From: Cyanobacteria bacterium P01_A01_bin.123
Lineage (GTDB): Bacteria; Cyanobacteriota; Cyanobacteriia; Phormidesmidales; Phormidesmidaceae
Assembly: GCA_039815185.1 (NCBI GenBank)
Contig: JBCBZT010000003.1
Coordinates: 32,001-96,000, forward strand
Reading direction: 5' to 3'
Length of the DNA stretch: 64,000 nt
Shown here: piece after piece, positions 54,670-63,478 of the stretch
Position numbering within the stretch: position 1 is the stretch's first letter
Layout: each line of letters starts with the position of its first letter
Position numbers and translations under genes: made by a program
Notes under the pieces: generated by a model
The model's database searches: none
The model's input: only the letters and a program-made list of their open reading frames with translations
What the model was told of the DNA's origin: nothing

Positions 54670-55530
54670 TTAGGCGGCGGCTAACTTGTGGGCTATCGGT
54701 TGGGCTGTGGGAATTTGACGACCCACGGCGATCGCGATCGCGCTTAATTCCCCAATTAGGCCTGTCATAGTTTCTAGTGACAGGGCTTGGCGGGCATCAG
54801 ACACGGAAGCTTCTGGTACGGGGTGACATTCGATGATTAGGCCGTCTGCCCCAGCCGCGATCGCGGCTTTGGCTAAATTAGGGACTAATTCCCGCTTGCC
54901 TGCGGCGTGGCTGGGGTCGACGATCACGGGCAAGTGAGTCAAGTGTTTCAGGGCGACGACAGCACCCAGATCAAGCACGTTGCGGGTGTAGGTATCGAAG
55001 CTGCGGATACCCCGTTCACAGAGGATAACGTTGGGATTACCGTGAGCCATGACGTATTCGGCTGCCATGACAAACTCTTCCACCGTGGCGGCGAGTCCGC
55101 GCTTTAGCAGAATGGGTTTCTGGACGGTTCCCAGGGCTTTGAGCAGATCAAAGTTTTGCATATTGCGGCTGCCTACTTGTAAGACATCTGCATGGGCCGC
55201 GATCGCCTTAATTTGGTCGACTGCCATCACTTCTGTCACGACCGGAACCGAGTAGCGGCGACGCATGTGATCTAAAACTTCAAGTCCTGCTTGCCCCATG
55301 CCCTGAAAAGAGTAGGGTGAGGTACGCGGCTTGAACGCCCCGCCTCGAATGCCCTGCACTGGGGCTACGGTCAAGTGTTCGGCCACGGTTTCCATCTGTG
55401 CGAGGCTTTCCACCGTGCAGGGGCCACCCACAATCCAAAGATCTTTGCCGCCCACAGTAATGCCATAGGGGAGTTCGATCACGCTTTGGGGCTGGGCCTC
55501 AGATTTGAGCGTGAGTTTTGCGTCTTTCAT
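54670..55530 (-). CDS. aroF: DAHP synthase, type I-beta, without N-terminal regulatory domain
   Basis: [56 protein letters not shown]. Confidence 0.93.
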   Translation of the reverse strand: MKDAKLTLKSEAQPQSVIELPYGITVGGKDLWIVGGPCTVESLAQMETVAEHLTVAPVQGIRGGAFKPRTSPYSFQGMGQAGLEVLDHMRRRYSVPVVTEVMAVDQIKAIAAHADVLQVGSRNMQNFDLLKALGTVQKPILLKRGLAATVEEFVMAAEYVMAHGNPNVILCERGIRSFDTYTRNVLDLGAVVALKHLTHLPVIVDPSHAAGKRELVPNLAKAAIAAGADGLIIECHPVPEASVSDARQALSLETMTGLIGELSAIAIAVGRQIPTAQPIAHKLAAA

Positions 55531-55591
55531 GGAAATCTCCTGAATATTGTGCTGGAGCTGAACTCAAAACAAGCAGTCAAAATCAATCAAT

Positions 55592-55624
55592 AAAAAAAGC
55601 CCGGAGCCTAGGGCTCCGGGCTTT
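55592..55624 (-). terminator. Attenuator terminator 2 (proximal to aroF)
   Basis: Minus strand AAAGCCCGGAGCC-CTA-GGCTCCGGGCTTT-TTTT. Confidence 0.9.
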
Positions 55625-55645
55625 GGCAAACCATAGGTCAGCCGA

Positions 55646-55708
55646 TCACCCAGAGCCTATCAGGGTGTAAAAGTAAAAATCAAAAAGCCAAGGGTTAGAG
55701 AGGGGCAT
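55646..55708 (-). CDS. Leader peptide 2, MPLSNPWLFDFYFYTLIGSG
   Basis: ATG...TGA, 20 aa, with W7, F9, F11, Y12, F13, Y14; last codons complementary to the 5' arm of terminator 2. Confidence 0.8.
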   Translation of the reverse strand: MPLSNPWLFDFYFYTLIGSG

Positions 55709-55739
55709 GGGGTTAAAACTAGATTGGGTTACAGGGATT

Positions 55740-55776
55740 AAAAAAACAAAAACCGCAGTGCCTTTGGCCTGCGGTT
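55740..55776 (-). terminator. Attenuator terminator 1
   Basis: Minus strand AACCGCAG-GCCAAAGGCA-CTGCGGTT-TTTGTTTTTTT. Confidence 0.85.
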
Positions 55777-55804
55777 CACTCAAGGTGCCATGCGAAAGCT
55801 GGAC

Positions 55805-55864
55805 TCACCCCCAGTGAACCGGAATAAAGTGCCAAAAATAAAACTTGTGGGCGATCGCGCTCAT
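55805..55864 (-). CDS. Leader peptide 1, MSAIAHKFYFWHFIPVHWG
   Basis: ATG...TGA, 19 aa, FYFWHF run; late codons complementary to the 5' arm of terminator 1. Confidence 0.8.
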   Translation of the reverse strand: MSAIAHKFYFWHFIPVHWG

Positions 55865-55904
55865 GGCAAAAATTCTTGCGAGGAAAATTCCTAACCTGTC
55901 TCGA

Positions 55905-55933
55905 ATCCTAGCAGGGCAAATTGGTAGCGTCAA
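55905..55933 (-). promoter_or_regulatory. sigma70-type promoter of the aroF leader
   Basis: TTGACG-17 nt-TAGGAT with a TGn extended -10. Confidence 0.75.
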
Positions 55934-56008
55934 CAACTGGTTTGTTCCGGAGTGCGATCACTTAATAACCCCTCAGCAGATTGAGTTTTTCTTTGCCTTA
56001 GCTTTCGA

Positions 56009-56149
56009 GTAACCGTCCCCTGAGCGGAGTCGTTGGCTTTGCCGCCCCAAAGGGGCTAGGGGACATTCTGGTTGAGTTTTGGCTTTCTCCCTTTGGGAGA
56101 CCCTTCGCGAACGACTTCGCTCAGCCAGCCCAGTTTCTAGGACGGTTAC
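56009..56149. mobile_element. 141-bp MITE (IS66-like ends)
   Basis: Terminal inverted repeats GTAACCGTCC/GGACGGTTAC; 8-bp direct repeat GCTTTCGA at 56001-56008 and 56150-56157. Confidence 0.82.
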
Positions 56150-56356
56150 GCTTTCGAGGGGTGAAATTTTTATATTTAGCTTCACTGTCAGTCATAATTG
56201 AGACCTACGACCTTAGTCCCACTAGAGGATATTTACTTTCTCCAAGAAGGCTTAAGATTGTTTTGTTTTCAAATCAATCTACCTCTTTAATCGAAGAACT
56301 CACCATAGAATGGAAGCACTACGCAGATGTGCCCATTTCTTAATGAGGTCTATCTT

Positions 56357-56509
56357 ATGAAACCGATGATTTGGCATCCTGAAGAGGATGATCACAAAGC
56401 TAACCAATACCTAGAGAGTATTAACCATGCACCCTATGAAATCATTGCTGGAATAATATTGGGTGTATTTTGTCTGTTTACACTGATGGTTATTGTCGGT
56501 ATTTTCTAG
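56357..56509 (+). CDS. Small single-TM hypothetical protein (50 aa)
   Basis: GAGG RBS, ATG, C-terminal hydrophobic helix. Confidence 0.55.
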   Translation: MKPMIWHPEEDDHKANQYLESINHAPYEIIAGIILGVFCLFTLMVIVGIF

Positions 56510-56631
56510 CATTGATGAGTTCGCTTGCTGAACCCCCCGTTCCCTTTTTTAATCAGCTTTATAATCTGAATAAAGGGAACTTTTCTATATCAAAAGTTAT
56601 TCAAAATTTGAATGGTTATTTTTACACTGTC

Positions 56632-56946
56632 CTAGCTAACCGTCTTCGCACGGGAATTGGTGACAACCAACTCAAAATCCCAGTTGGGAATCTGGTTCAC
56701 CCGCTCTGCTATTCGTCGTAAATCTTCAGAACCGTTGAGGGTAAGATTCTCCCGTGTTCGTACTTCAACAGCAACGGTTCGCCCTTCGGCCTTTGCGACT
56801 AGATCAAGCGGGTGTTTCGATAACACTAGGGGTAGATCTTCAGCACCTGGATAAACCGTAACGTCGTACCCATGGCGACGATATTCGCGGGCCAATCGCA
56901 TGACACGACGGTGCTCTAGGGGAGTTTGGTGCGCTCTATAACTCAT
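56632..56946 (-). CDS. Small PD-(D/E)XK restriction-endonuclease-fold protein
   Basis: YRRHGYDV...PLDLVAK...AVEVRT pattern. Confidence 0.65.
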   Translation of the reverse strand: MSYRAHQTPLEHRRVMRLAREYRRHGYDVTVYPGAEDLPLVLSKHPLDLVAKAEGRTVAVEVRTRENLTLNGSEDLRRIAERVNQIPNWDFELVVTNSRAKTVS

Positions 56947-56965
56947 GGATAACCTAACCAGGAAC

Positions 56966-57382
56966 TCAAGCTAGCTCAGCCGGATCAGGAGCTCCCTCTA
57001 CCTTAACATAGAGAAATTCGTCTCCCTTACAGAACCCTTCTGCAAGCACCAGAGACATGCCCTTAATGCGGAAAGACCCATTCAGATTCCGGCGACGACT
57101 GACGAAATCTGTGATCTGATAATCATCTACATATACAACGCCATTGAGCGCATCCCGGACTGGCTTGACAATATTGTCGCTGTCGGGGACTGTCTCTTCG
57201 CCGTGCGGAGCGTCGTAGTAGTGGGTAATCGTGACTTTAACAGCCTCCCCCAAGGGCTGACTGCTAGGCCAGTTGACTTCGGCAGTGTGGCGCACTTTAC
57301 TTTTCCAATCCCGTAAACGTTTTTTATCTTTCGTTTGATGGGAAATGGGTTTGCCAATAACAATAAACTCGAAAGGAAGCAC
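56966..57382 (-). CDS. rusA: RusA-family crossover junction endonuclease
   Basis: GKPIS, PDSDNIVKPVRDALNGVVYVDDYQI. Confidence 0.82.
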   Translation of the reverse strand: MLPFEFIVIGKPISHQTKDKKRLRDWKSKVRHTAEVNWPSSQPLGEAVKVTITHYYDAPHGEETVPDSDNIVKPVRDALNGVVYVDDYQITDFVSRRRNLNGSFRIKGMSLVLAEGFCKGDEFLYVKVEGAPDPAELA

Positions 57383-57692
57383 GACAGACAGCGTTGAAGA
57401 GGTTAGTAGAGGGCAGAAGACGCGATCGCATGCCTGGGATGCCCAGTTCCAGGGTAAACGACTTTAGTAGCTTTGTCCTATCCTCACTTCAGCCACATCA
57501 CGAGGGAAAAACTTGAGCGCTAGCCTAGAGAAAAATCTTGATTTTGGACGTGGCCTATATTTATTTACATCTGACGCAAGTATATTTACGAAAGTTGCCT
57601 TAAAGGTTCCCCACCACACTCCTGGTTCATCTAAAAAACAGATTTCTCCGGACAAAAAATAAGCTTTCCCAAGGGTGTTGCTTTGGCCACTT

Positions 57693-57771
57693 GATTGAAG
57701 ACAAAAACACATCCGATTTGAAACCTGGAGTTTTGCTCAAGGAAAAACTATGGATCTGGATGTGGACGCGG
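57693..57771 (+). repeat. ~80-bp dispersed repeat, copy B
   Basis: Matches the reverse complement of 10135-10213. Confidence 0.9.
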
Positions 57772-57810
57772 GTAAGGTTTAATAACAGTGGTACTTCACA
57801 CTTCTTTACC

Positions 57811-59322
57811 ATGGCAAGAGACCTCCAGGGATTTCTAACCCTACTTGAACAGCGTGGCCAATTGCGGCGGATCAAAGCTCCCGTTGATTCAGAGTTAGAA
57901 ATTGCCGAAATTGCTAACCGCATGCTCTATGCAGGCGGCCCTGCTTTGCTGTTTGAAAATGTTAAAGGGGCCTCTTACCCAATCGCGATCAACGTCATGG
58001 GCACGGTTGAGCGAGTTTGTTGGGCACTGAATATGAATGAGCCCCAGGAACTTGAAGCCTTGGGCAATAAATTGGCGTTGCTCTACCAACCCCGCCCGCC
58101 GAAGAAAATTTCTCAAGCCATTGACCTGGGTAAAGCCCTATTTGATGTGGTGAAGGCTAAGCCAGGGCGCGATTTTTTGCCCCAGTGTCAGCAGGTGGTG
58201 CTCAAAGACGAGCGGGTAGATTTGAATCAATTGCCCTTGTTGCGGGTCTATCCCGGTGATGCGGGCAAGGTGGTGACTTTGGGGTTGATGATCACTAAAG
58301 ATCCTGAAAACGGCACCCCAAATGTAGGGGTCTATCGGCTGCAACTGCAAAGCAAAAACACCATGACGGTGCAGTGGCTCTCGGTGCGTGGCGCGACCCG
58401 CCACCTGCGTAAAGCCGCTGAGCGGGGTCAAAAATTAGAGGTCGCTATCGCCCTTGGGGTTGACCCGCTCCTGATTCTTGCGGCTGCTACCCCCCTGCCT
58501 CTAGATCTTTCCGAATGGCTGTTTGCTGGCCTCTACGCGGGCGAAGGGGTGAAGTTGGCTAATTGTAAAACCGTTGATTTGGAAGTCCCGGCCCAGTCAG
58601 AATTTGTGCTAGAAGGCACGATTACCCCAGGTGAAGTGGCGGTGGATGGCCCCGCTGGAGACCACATCGGCTACTACGGCCCGGTGCGCGAAAATGCGCC
58701 ACTGATTCGCTTCCACTGCATGACCCATCGCAAAAATCCGGTGTATCTCACGACGTTTAGCGGTCGCCCCCCCAAAGAAGATGCCATGATGGCCCTAGCG
58801 CTCAACCGTATCTACACGCCAATTTTGCGTCAGCAGGTGCCTGAAATCATCGACTTCTTCTTGCCGATGGAGGGATTGAGCTATAAGGCCGCAATTCTCT
58901 CCATTGATAAAGCCTATCCGGGGCAAGCGCGGCGGGCGGCATTGGCTTTTTGGAGTGCCCTACCCCAGTTCAGCTACACCAAGTTTGTGATTGTGGTGGA
59001 TAAAGACATTAACATCCGCGACCCGCGCGCAGTAATGTGGGCGGTTACCTCCAAGATGGATCCGGCACGGGACGTATTTATCTTGCCCGATAGTCCCTTC
59101 GACAGCCTGGACTTTGCAACGGAAAAACCGGGGCTGGGTAGCCGCATGGGGATTGACGCCACGACAAAAATTTATCCCGAAAGCGATCGCCCCTGGAGTG
59201 AACCGCTCAAACCTGACCCAGAAACGGCGGCTAAAGTCGATCGGCGCTGGGCTGAATATGGCCTAGCTGATCTAGAAATGAACGAGGTCGACCCCAATTT
59301 GTTTGGTTACGATATGGCATAG
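57811..59322 (+). CDS. ubiD: UbiD-family prFMN-dependent decarboxylase
   Basis: MARDLQGFL, GPALLFENVKG, NVGVYRLQ, GPAGDHIGYY, GRPPKED, GIDAT. Confidence 0.93.
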   Translation: MARDLQGFLTLLEQRGQLRRIKAPVDSELEIAEIANRMLYAGGPALLFENVKGASYPIAINVMGTVERVCWALNMNEPQELEALGNKLALLYQPRPPKKISQAIDLGKALFDVVKAKPGRDFLPQCQQVVLKDERVDLNQLPLLRVYPGDAGKVVTLGLMITKDPENGTPNVGVYRLQLQSKNTMTVQWLSVRGATRHLRKAAERGQKLEVAIALGVDPLLILAAATPLPLDLSEWLFAGLYAGEGVKLANCKTVDLEVPAQSEFVLEGTITPGEVAVDGPAGDHIGYYGPVRENAPLIRFHCMTHRKNPVYLTTFSGRPPKEDAMMALALNRIYTPILRQQVPEIIDFFLPMEGLSYKAAILSIDKAYPGQARRAALAFWSALPQFSYTKFVIVVDKDINIRDPRAVMWAVTSKMDPARDVFILPDSPFDSLDFATEKPGLGSRMGIDATTKIYPESDRPWSEPLKPDPETAAKVDRRWAEYGLADLEMNEVDPNLFGYDMA

Positions 59323-59378
59323 CGGTGTATGGGGTTAACCCCATTGGTAGCTCGAACCCTAACCTAGCAAAGTCGGTG

Positions 59379-60371
59379 ATGAAAAATCAGACTGTTACCC
59401 GTCGCCCCCATCGTTCCACCGTCGATGTGATTCAAACTGAAACAACTGCGATCGCCCGACATAAGCAAGACCATTGGTTTCGCGTCTTATTTCGGGTGCA
59501 GGGGTCGGTGCTGGTATCCGTCATCCCACGGGTGTTGGTGTGTGTTGTCTTTGCCTGCCTAATCACCGGGTTGGATGAGTTGGGCCTGGGGGTAGCGCTA
59601 CCAATTTTAGGGAGTTTGGTGCCTAGCATTGTGCTGGGGCTGTTGCTGGTCTTTCGCACCAATACGGCCTACGAACGGTTTTGGGAAGGGCGCAAACTTT
59701 GGGGCACCTTGGTCAATACGGTACGCAATTTGGCGCGGCAAATCTGGGTATCGATTGGGGAATCTTCTGTCGCCGATCAAAAAGCCAAGGTCGAAACCTT
59801 GAAGTTGTTGGTCGCCTTCGCGATCGCCATCAAACTCCACCTCCGCTCTGAACCCCTGGATGCTGAAATCGCCACATTGCTGACTGCTGAGCAGATCGAC
59901 AAGCTGCGATCGATGAACCACCCGCCCTTGGAAATTGCCTTTTGGATTGCCGACTATCTGCAAGATCAGCACGACAAAGATAACCTCAACACCTATCAGT
60001 TAGCCGCCATGATGGGTTTGCTAGATCTAATGGTAGATGTGCTCGGCGGTTGCGAACGAATTTTGAAAACGCCCATTCCGCTGGCCTATTCCATTCATCT
60101 CAAGCAGCTTGTCTTTATTTACTGTCTGGCCCTGCCATTTCAATTGGTTGGTAGCTTAGGTTGGTTCACCCCATTGATTGCAGGCCTAATCAGCTTCACC
60201 ATATTTGGCATCGAAGAAATCGGCATCGAAATTGAAAATCCCTTTGGCAATGATCCCAACGATCTGCCGCTGGATGATGTCTGCCGCACGATGTATCGCA
60301 ATATTCAGGATTTGATTACGCTGGCCCCGAGTTGTTGCCAATGGCGATCGCAGGTAGAGTCTCGCCCTTGA
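59379..60371 (+). CDS. Bestrophin-family ion channel
   Basis: LLVFRTNTAYERFWEGRKLWG, CERILKTPIP, EIENPFGNDPNDLPLD. Confidence 0.92.
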   Translation: MKNQTVTRRPHRSTVDVIQTETTAIARHKQDHWFRVLFRVQGSVLVSVIPRVLVCVVFACLITGLDELGLGVALPILGSLVPSIVLGLLLVFRTNTAYERFWEGRKLWGTLVNTVRNLARQIWVSIGESSVADQKAKVETLKLLVAFAIAIKLHLRSEPLDAEIATLLTAEQIDKLRSMNHPPLEIAFWIADYLQDQHDKDNLNTYQLAAMMGLLDLMVDVLGGCERILKTPIPLAYSIHLKQLVFIYCLALPFQLVGSLGWFTPLIAGLISFTIFGIEEIGIEIENPFGNDPNDLPLDDVCRTMYRNIQDLITLAPSCCQWRSQVESRP

Positions 60372-60404
60372 GACAATCATTAATTTGGTGCCATAGCGTT
60401 TTGA

Positions 60405-60700
60405 ATTTATACCCCTAATCAAGATCCTTCTGGGTTGTCCGAAATTTTAACCTCTACAGCAACTTTGTTTGCAGGGGTGACAAGGAAGTTCAGCAGGTAC
60501 TCGAGCGATCGCTGACCTATGCTTCTGATCTCCGGTTCATTTTGGTGGATAGGCAGAAGCGCATCTTTCAGACGCAGCGCTATTGCTATTTGGGGCGTAT
60601 CGACGATTGGATTGAGATTGGCCGAGTCGATCAATTAGCACCACTGGTCAAGACCTACGTGAAACATCTTGGGCAAGAATCTTTGTTCGATTTACACTGA
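60405..60700 (+). pseudogene. 5'-truncated, frameshifted remnant of a hypothetical protein
   Basis: IYTPNQD..LSEIL in one frame, then ...LRFILVD..KRIFQTQRYCYLGRIDDWIEIG...VKHLGQESLFDLH* in another; no start; family recalled from memory only. Confidence 0.45.
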
Positions 60701-60812
60701 AATCTGAGTACTGAACTGTTGGCAACGCTTTAAGGATCACAAAGTTGGTCTGGATCAGCAGTCCAATCAACCCAAAACTAGAGATAGGCCCTTTCCCGCT
60801 ATAGGCATCCCC

Positions 60813-61445
60813 ATGACCGCTACCCTGATTCAAAGTCCCGACCGGGTTATCTTGCAGAATATTAGCTGGCAAACCTATCAGTCGCTGGTTCACGATTTTG
60901 AACAGGAGCCTGCGATTCGCGTGACCTATGATGGCGGCACACTTGAAATTCGGATGCCCCTTGACCCCCACGAAAGTTACAAAAAGCTCTTGGGTCGTTT
61001 AATTGAGGCGGCAACGGAGGAATTGGATTTAGAAATTCGCAGTTTGGGCTCACGCACCTGCGATCGCGAAGATTTGGCTAAAGGACTGGAACCAGACCAG
61101 TGCTACTACATTCAGAATGAAGCATCGGTTCGGGGTATTGCTCAAATTGATTTAATCCAATTTCCACCGCCTGATTTGGCCGTGGAGGTCGATATTACCA
61201 GCAGCTCACTGGATCGCTTTACTATCTACAAAGATCTTGGCATTCCAGAGATCTGGCGATACGATGGGCGATCGCTAAATATCTATAGTTTGCAAGCGGG
61301 TAAGTATGTGATCAGTCCACATAGTCTCGCATTACCCTTGGTTCAAGCAGAAGCCATTCAGCGGTTTCTGCAATTGCAACCGACTACGGGTGAAAACAGT
61401 TTGGTGAAACAGTTCCGCCAGTGGTTGAAGAATCACTCACCATAG
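60813..61445 (+). CDS. Uma2-family endonuclease-fold protein
   Basis: ISWQTY, GLEPDQCYYI, PPDLAVEVD, YKDLGIPEIWRY. Confidence 0.92.
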   Translation: MTATLIQSPDRVILQNISWQTYQSLVHDFEQEPAIRVTYDGGTLEIRMPLDPHESYKKLLGRLIEAATEELDLEIRSLGSRTCDREDLAKGLEPDQCYYIQNEASVRGIAQIDLIQFPPPDLAVEVDITSSSLDRFTIYKDLGIPEIWRYDGRSLNIYSLQAGKYVISPHSLALPLVQAEAIQRFLQLQPTTGENSLVKQFRQWLKNHSP

Positions 61446-61505
61446 CGCCAAATCCTTAGCAGAGCTACAATGCGGCCATAGCTTCTCGCTTCAAAGGAGC
61501 GCACT

Positions 61506-61829
61506 ATGAATTATCTTCAAAAACTCTTGTGGAAACTGCTGGCCGCGATCGCCTGCTGCCTAATCATCCTGTGGCCACCAATCGCCCTGGCCCAAACGAA
61601 TCAACCCAACCCTACGGCTGAGTCAACTCCCACCGTTCAAACTAACCAACCCGCTTCGGCTCAAACCAATCAACGCCCCAACCAAACTAACCAGCGGGTT
61701 AAACAGTCGTCAAAACAAAATGCACCCGCACAATCCCGTCGAGGCAAAACCTACGAGCAAGCACCCAATCCCTACAACATGGACGCTATTGAAACCTACG
61801 ACCAAGAACTCTATGGTGAGGGACGTTGA
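61506..61829 (+). CDS. Small secreted Q/N/P-rich hypothetical protein
   Basis: AAGGAG RBS, signal peptide ending ALA|Q, repeated QTNQ(P/R). Confidence 0.7.
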   Translation: MNYLQKLLWKLLAAIACCLIILWPPIALAQTNQPNPTAESTPTVQTNQPASAQTNQRPNQTNQRVKQSSKQNAPAQSRRGKTYEQAPNPYNMDAIETYDQELYGEGR

Positions 61830-61900
61830 GTAAATCTCGACCCCATTCAAACCACAGTTTTCCCTAAGCCGAGATTTTCAGTTTTGAAATCGGATATGGC

Positions 61901-63478
61901 TTAAAGCGATCGCATCTCTGAAATCGGCTGGGCCGGAGCCGACATTGGGTCGCTACCACCCATACCGACTTCAAAGATCGTCATCATCGAGTGATCTTCG
62001 TGCACCAGGTTGTGACAGTGCATCATGAACTTGCCATTGATGTACGCCCCATCGCGGGTGCCAAACTTACCGATAATCCGCACCGTCTCAAACTCACCCA
62101 CATGGAATACATCCTTCCAACCCCGTTCATAGGGACGGGGAGATAAGCCATTGCGGCTCAACATTTGCATATCGATCAGATGAATGTGAATCGGATGAAA
62201 CCAACCACTGCCTGGATTGACCAATTCCCAAATTTCCACATCCCCAGGCTCTGGATTAGCCATGACAAAGTTGGGATTCCATTCGTGGTTATTGATTACC
62301 CAACGGTTAAAGTTACGGGCAAACCGGAAATTTCGAGTGCGTACGGCATTTTCAGGCGATAAGCGTTCCACAGGACGTAAGGTATCTGGCAGTTGACTAT
62401 CGTCTGGTTCCTCACGTACGACGTCGAACCGCATCAGCGTATGGATCCGGTCGTCGGTATCAATGCTGCCCGTAAAGCCAATATTCTTCAGATAGATCGA
62501 GCTGCCCACGGGGTATCGAGCAAAGTCGATCATGACCTCGTAACGCTCGGCCATGCCAATTTCGAGCACCTGGTAGGGCGTCTTAACCTCAACAGGCTCC
62601 CCCAGCAATCCACCGTCAGAGCCAATCACGATCAGCGTTTCTCCCAGAGTCAAGCGCCGTTCATCTTGACTGAGAGCCAGGTTATATCCCCGTGACCCAG
62701 AGGCATTCAAAATCCGGAATCGATACTTGCGATTCGCCACGGCCATGCGCGGCCAGGGAACGCCATTCACTAAAGCGACATCCCCATAGAGGCTTCTTTC
62801 GCCGCGATCGTCAAACACCATCCGACCCTTGGTGTCAAAGAAAGCATCCTGAAGAATCAACGGTACATCGTAGGCCCCTTTCGGTAGAGACAAACCTTGC
62901 TCCACCTGATCCTCAACGATGTACATCCCTGCTAGCCCCCGATAGACATTACGAGAGGTCTTGTCGATGGCGTGATCGTGGTACCAAATTGTCGCGGCCC
63001 GATCGTTGGGATAAATATAGTCTTTGAAATAGCCAGGGGGAATCAAGTCTTCGGCAAAGCCATCATATTGAGGCAGTGAAGCCATGCCATGCAGATGGGT
63101 CACCGTGCTGATATCTTCACCCTGTTCATCTTGCCCCAGTTGATTAATAAACCGGACGACAGATTGACGACCCCCTTCACTACGCTTGCCCCCCTGCTGT
63201 CGAATCGTTGGCCCAGGATACAGCCCGTTATAGCCCCAAATTTCGGTTTGATTCCCTGGGACAACATTGGCCAGGGCTTTTTGAACCTGAATCTCGTAGT
63301 AATCAGTGGTGGCATCACTACGAACTGGTTTCAATTCAGGCGGTACCTGAAACGGCAACTGAAACCTGGGCATTTGTGGACTTAACGCCCAAGCAGGGCG
63401 TGGAACACTGAACGGAGCGGTCAACAGCGTGCCACCCAGCATTCCCCATCTCAGAAAATCACGTCGATTTAAAGACAT
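61901..63478 (-). CDS. Tat-exported multicopper oxidase (CotA/bilirubin-oxidase-like)
   Basis: NRRDFL Tat motif; HLHG, WYHDH, HPIHIH, HCHNLVHED..MM copper ligands. Confidence 0.92.
   Translation of the reverse strand: MSLNRRDFLRWGMLGGTLLTAPFSVPRPAWALSPQMPRFQLPFQVPPELKPVRSDATTDYYEIQVQKALANVVPGNQTEIWGYNGLYPGPTIRQQGGKRSEGGRQSVVRFINQLGQDEQGEDISTVTHLHGMASLPQYDGFAEDLIPPGYFKDYIYPNDRAATIWYHDHAIDKTSRNVYRGLAGMYIVEDQVEQGLSLPKGAYDVPLILQDAFFDTKGRMVFDDRGERSLYGDVALVNGVPWPRMAVANRKYRFRILNASGSRGYNLALSQDERRLTLGETLIVIGSDGGLLGEPVEVKTPYQVLEIGMAERYEVMIDFARYPVGSSIYLKNIGFTGSIDTDDRIHTLMRFDVVREEPDDSQLPDTLRPVERLSPENAVRTRNFRFARNFNRWVINNHEWNPNFVMANPEPGDVEIWELVNPGSGWFHPIHIHLIDMQMLSRNGLSPRPYERGWKDVFHVGEFETVRIIGKFGTRDGAYINGKFMMHCHNLVHEDHSMMTIFEVGMGGSDPMSAPAQPISEMRSL

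Noticed and set aside
55592..55900. T-box riboswitch explanation for the aroF leader
   Set aside because: No T-box consensus (GGTGGxACCGCG) or specifier stem; uORF geometry fits ribosome-mediated attenuation better
55973..56185. 70-aa minus-strand ORF
   Set aside because: Reads through the MITE; spurious
57691..57810. N-terminal extension of UbiD in the ORF track
   Set aside because: Translates the dispersed repeat; the conserved start is MARDL at 57811
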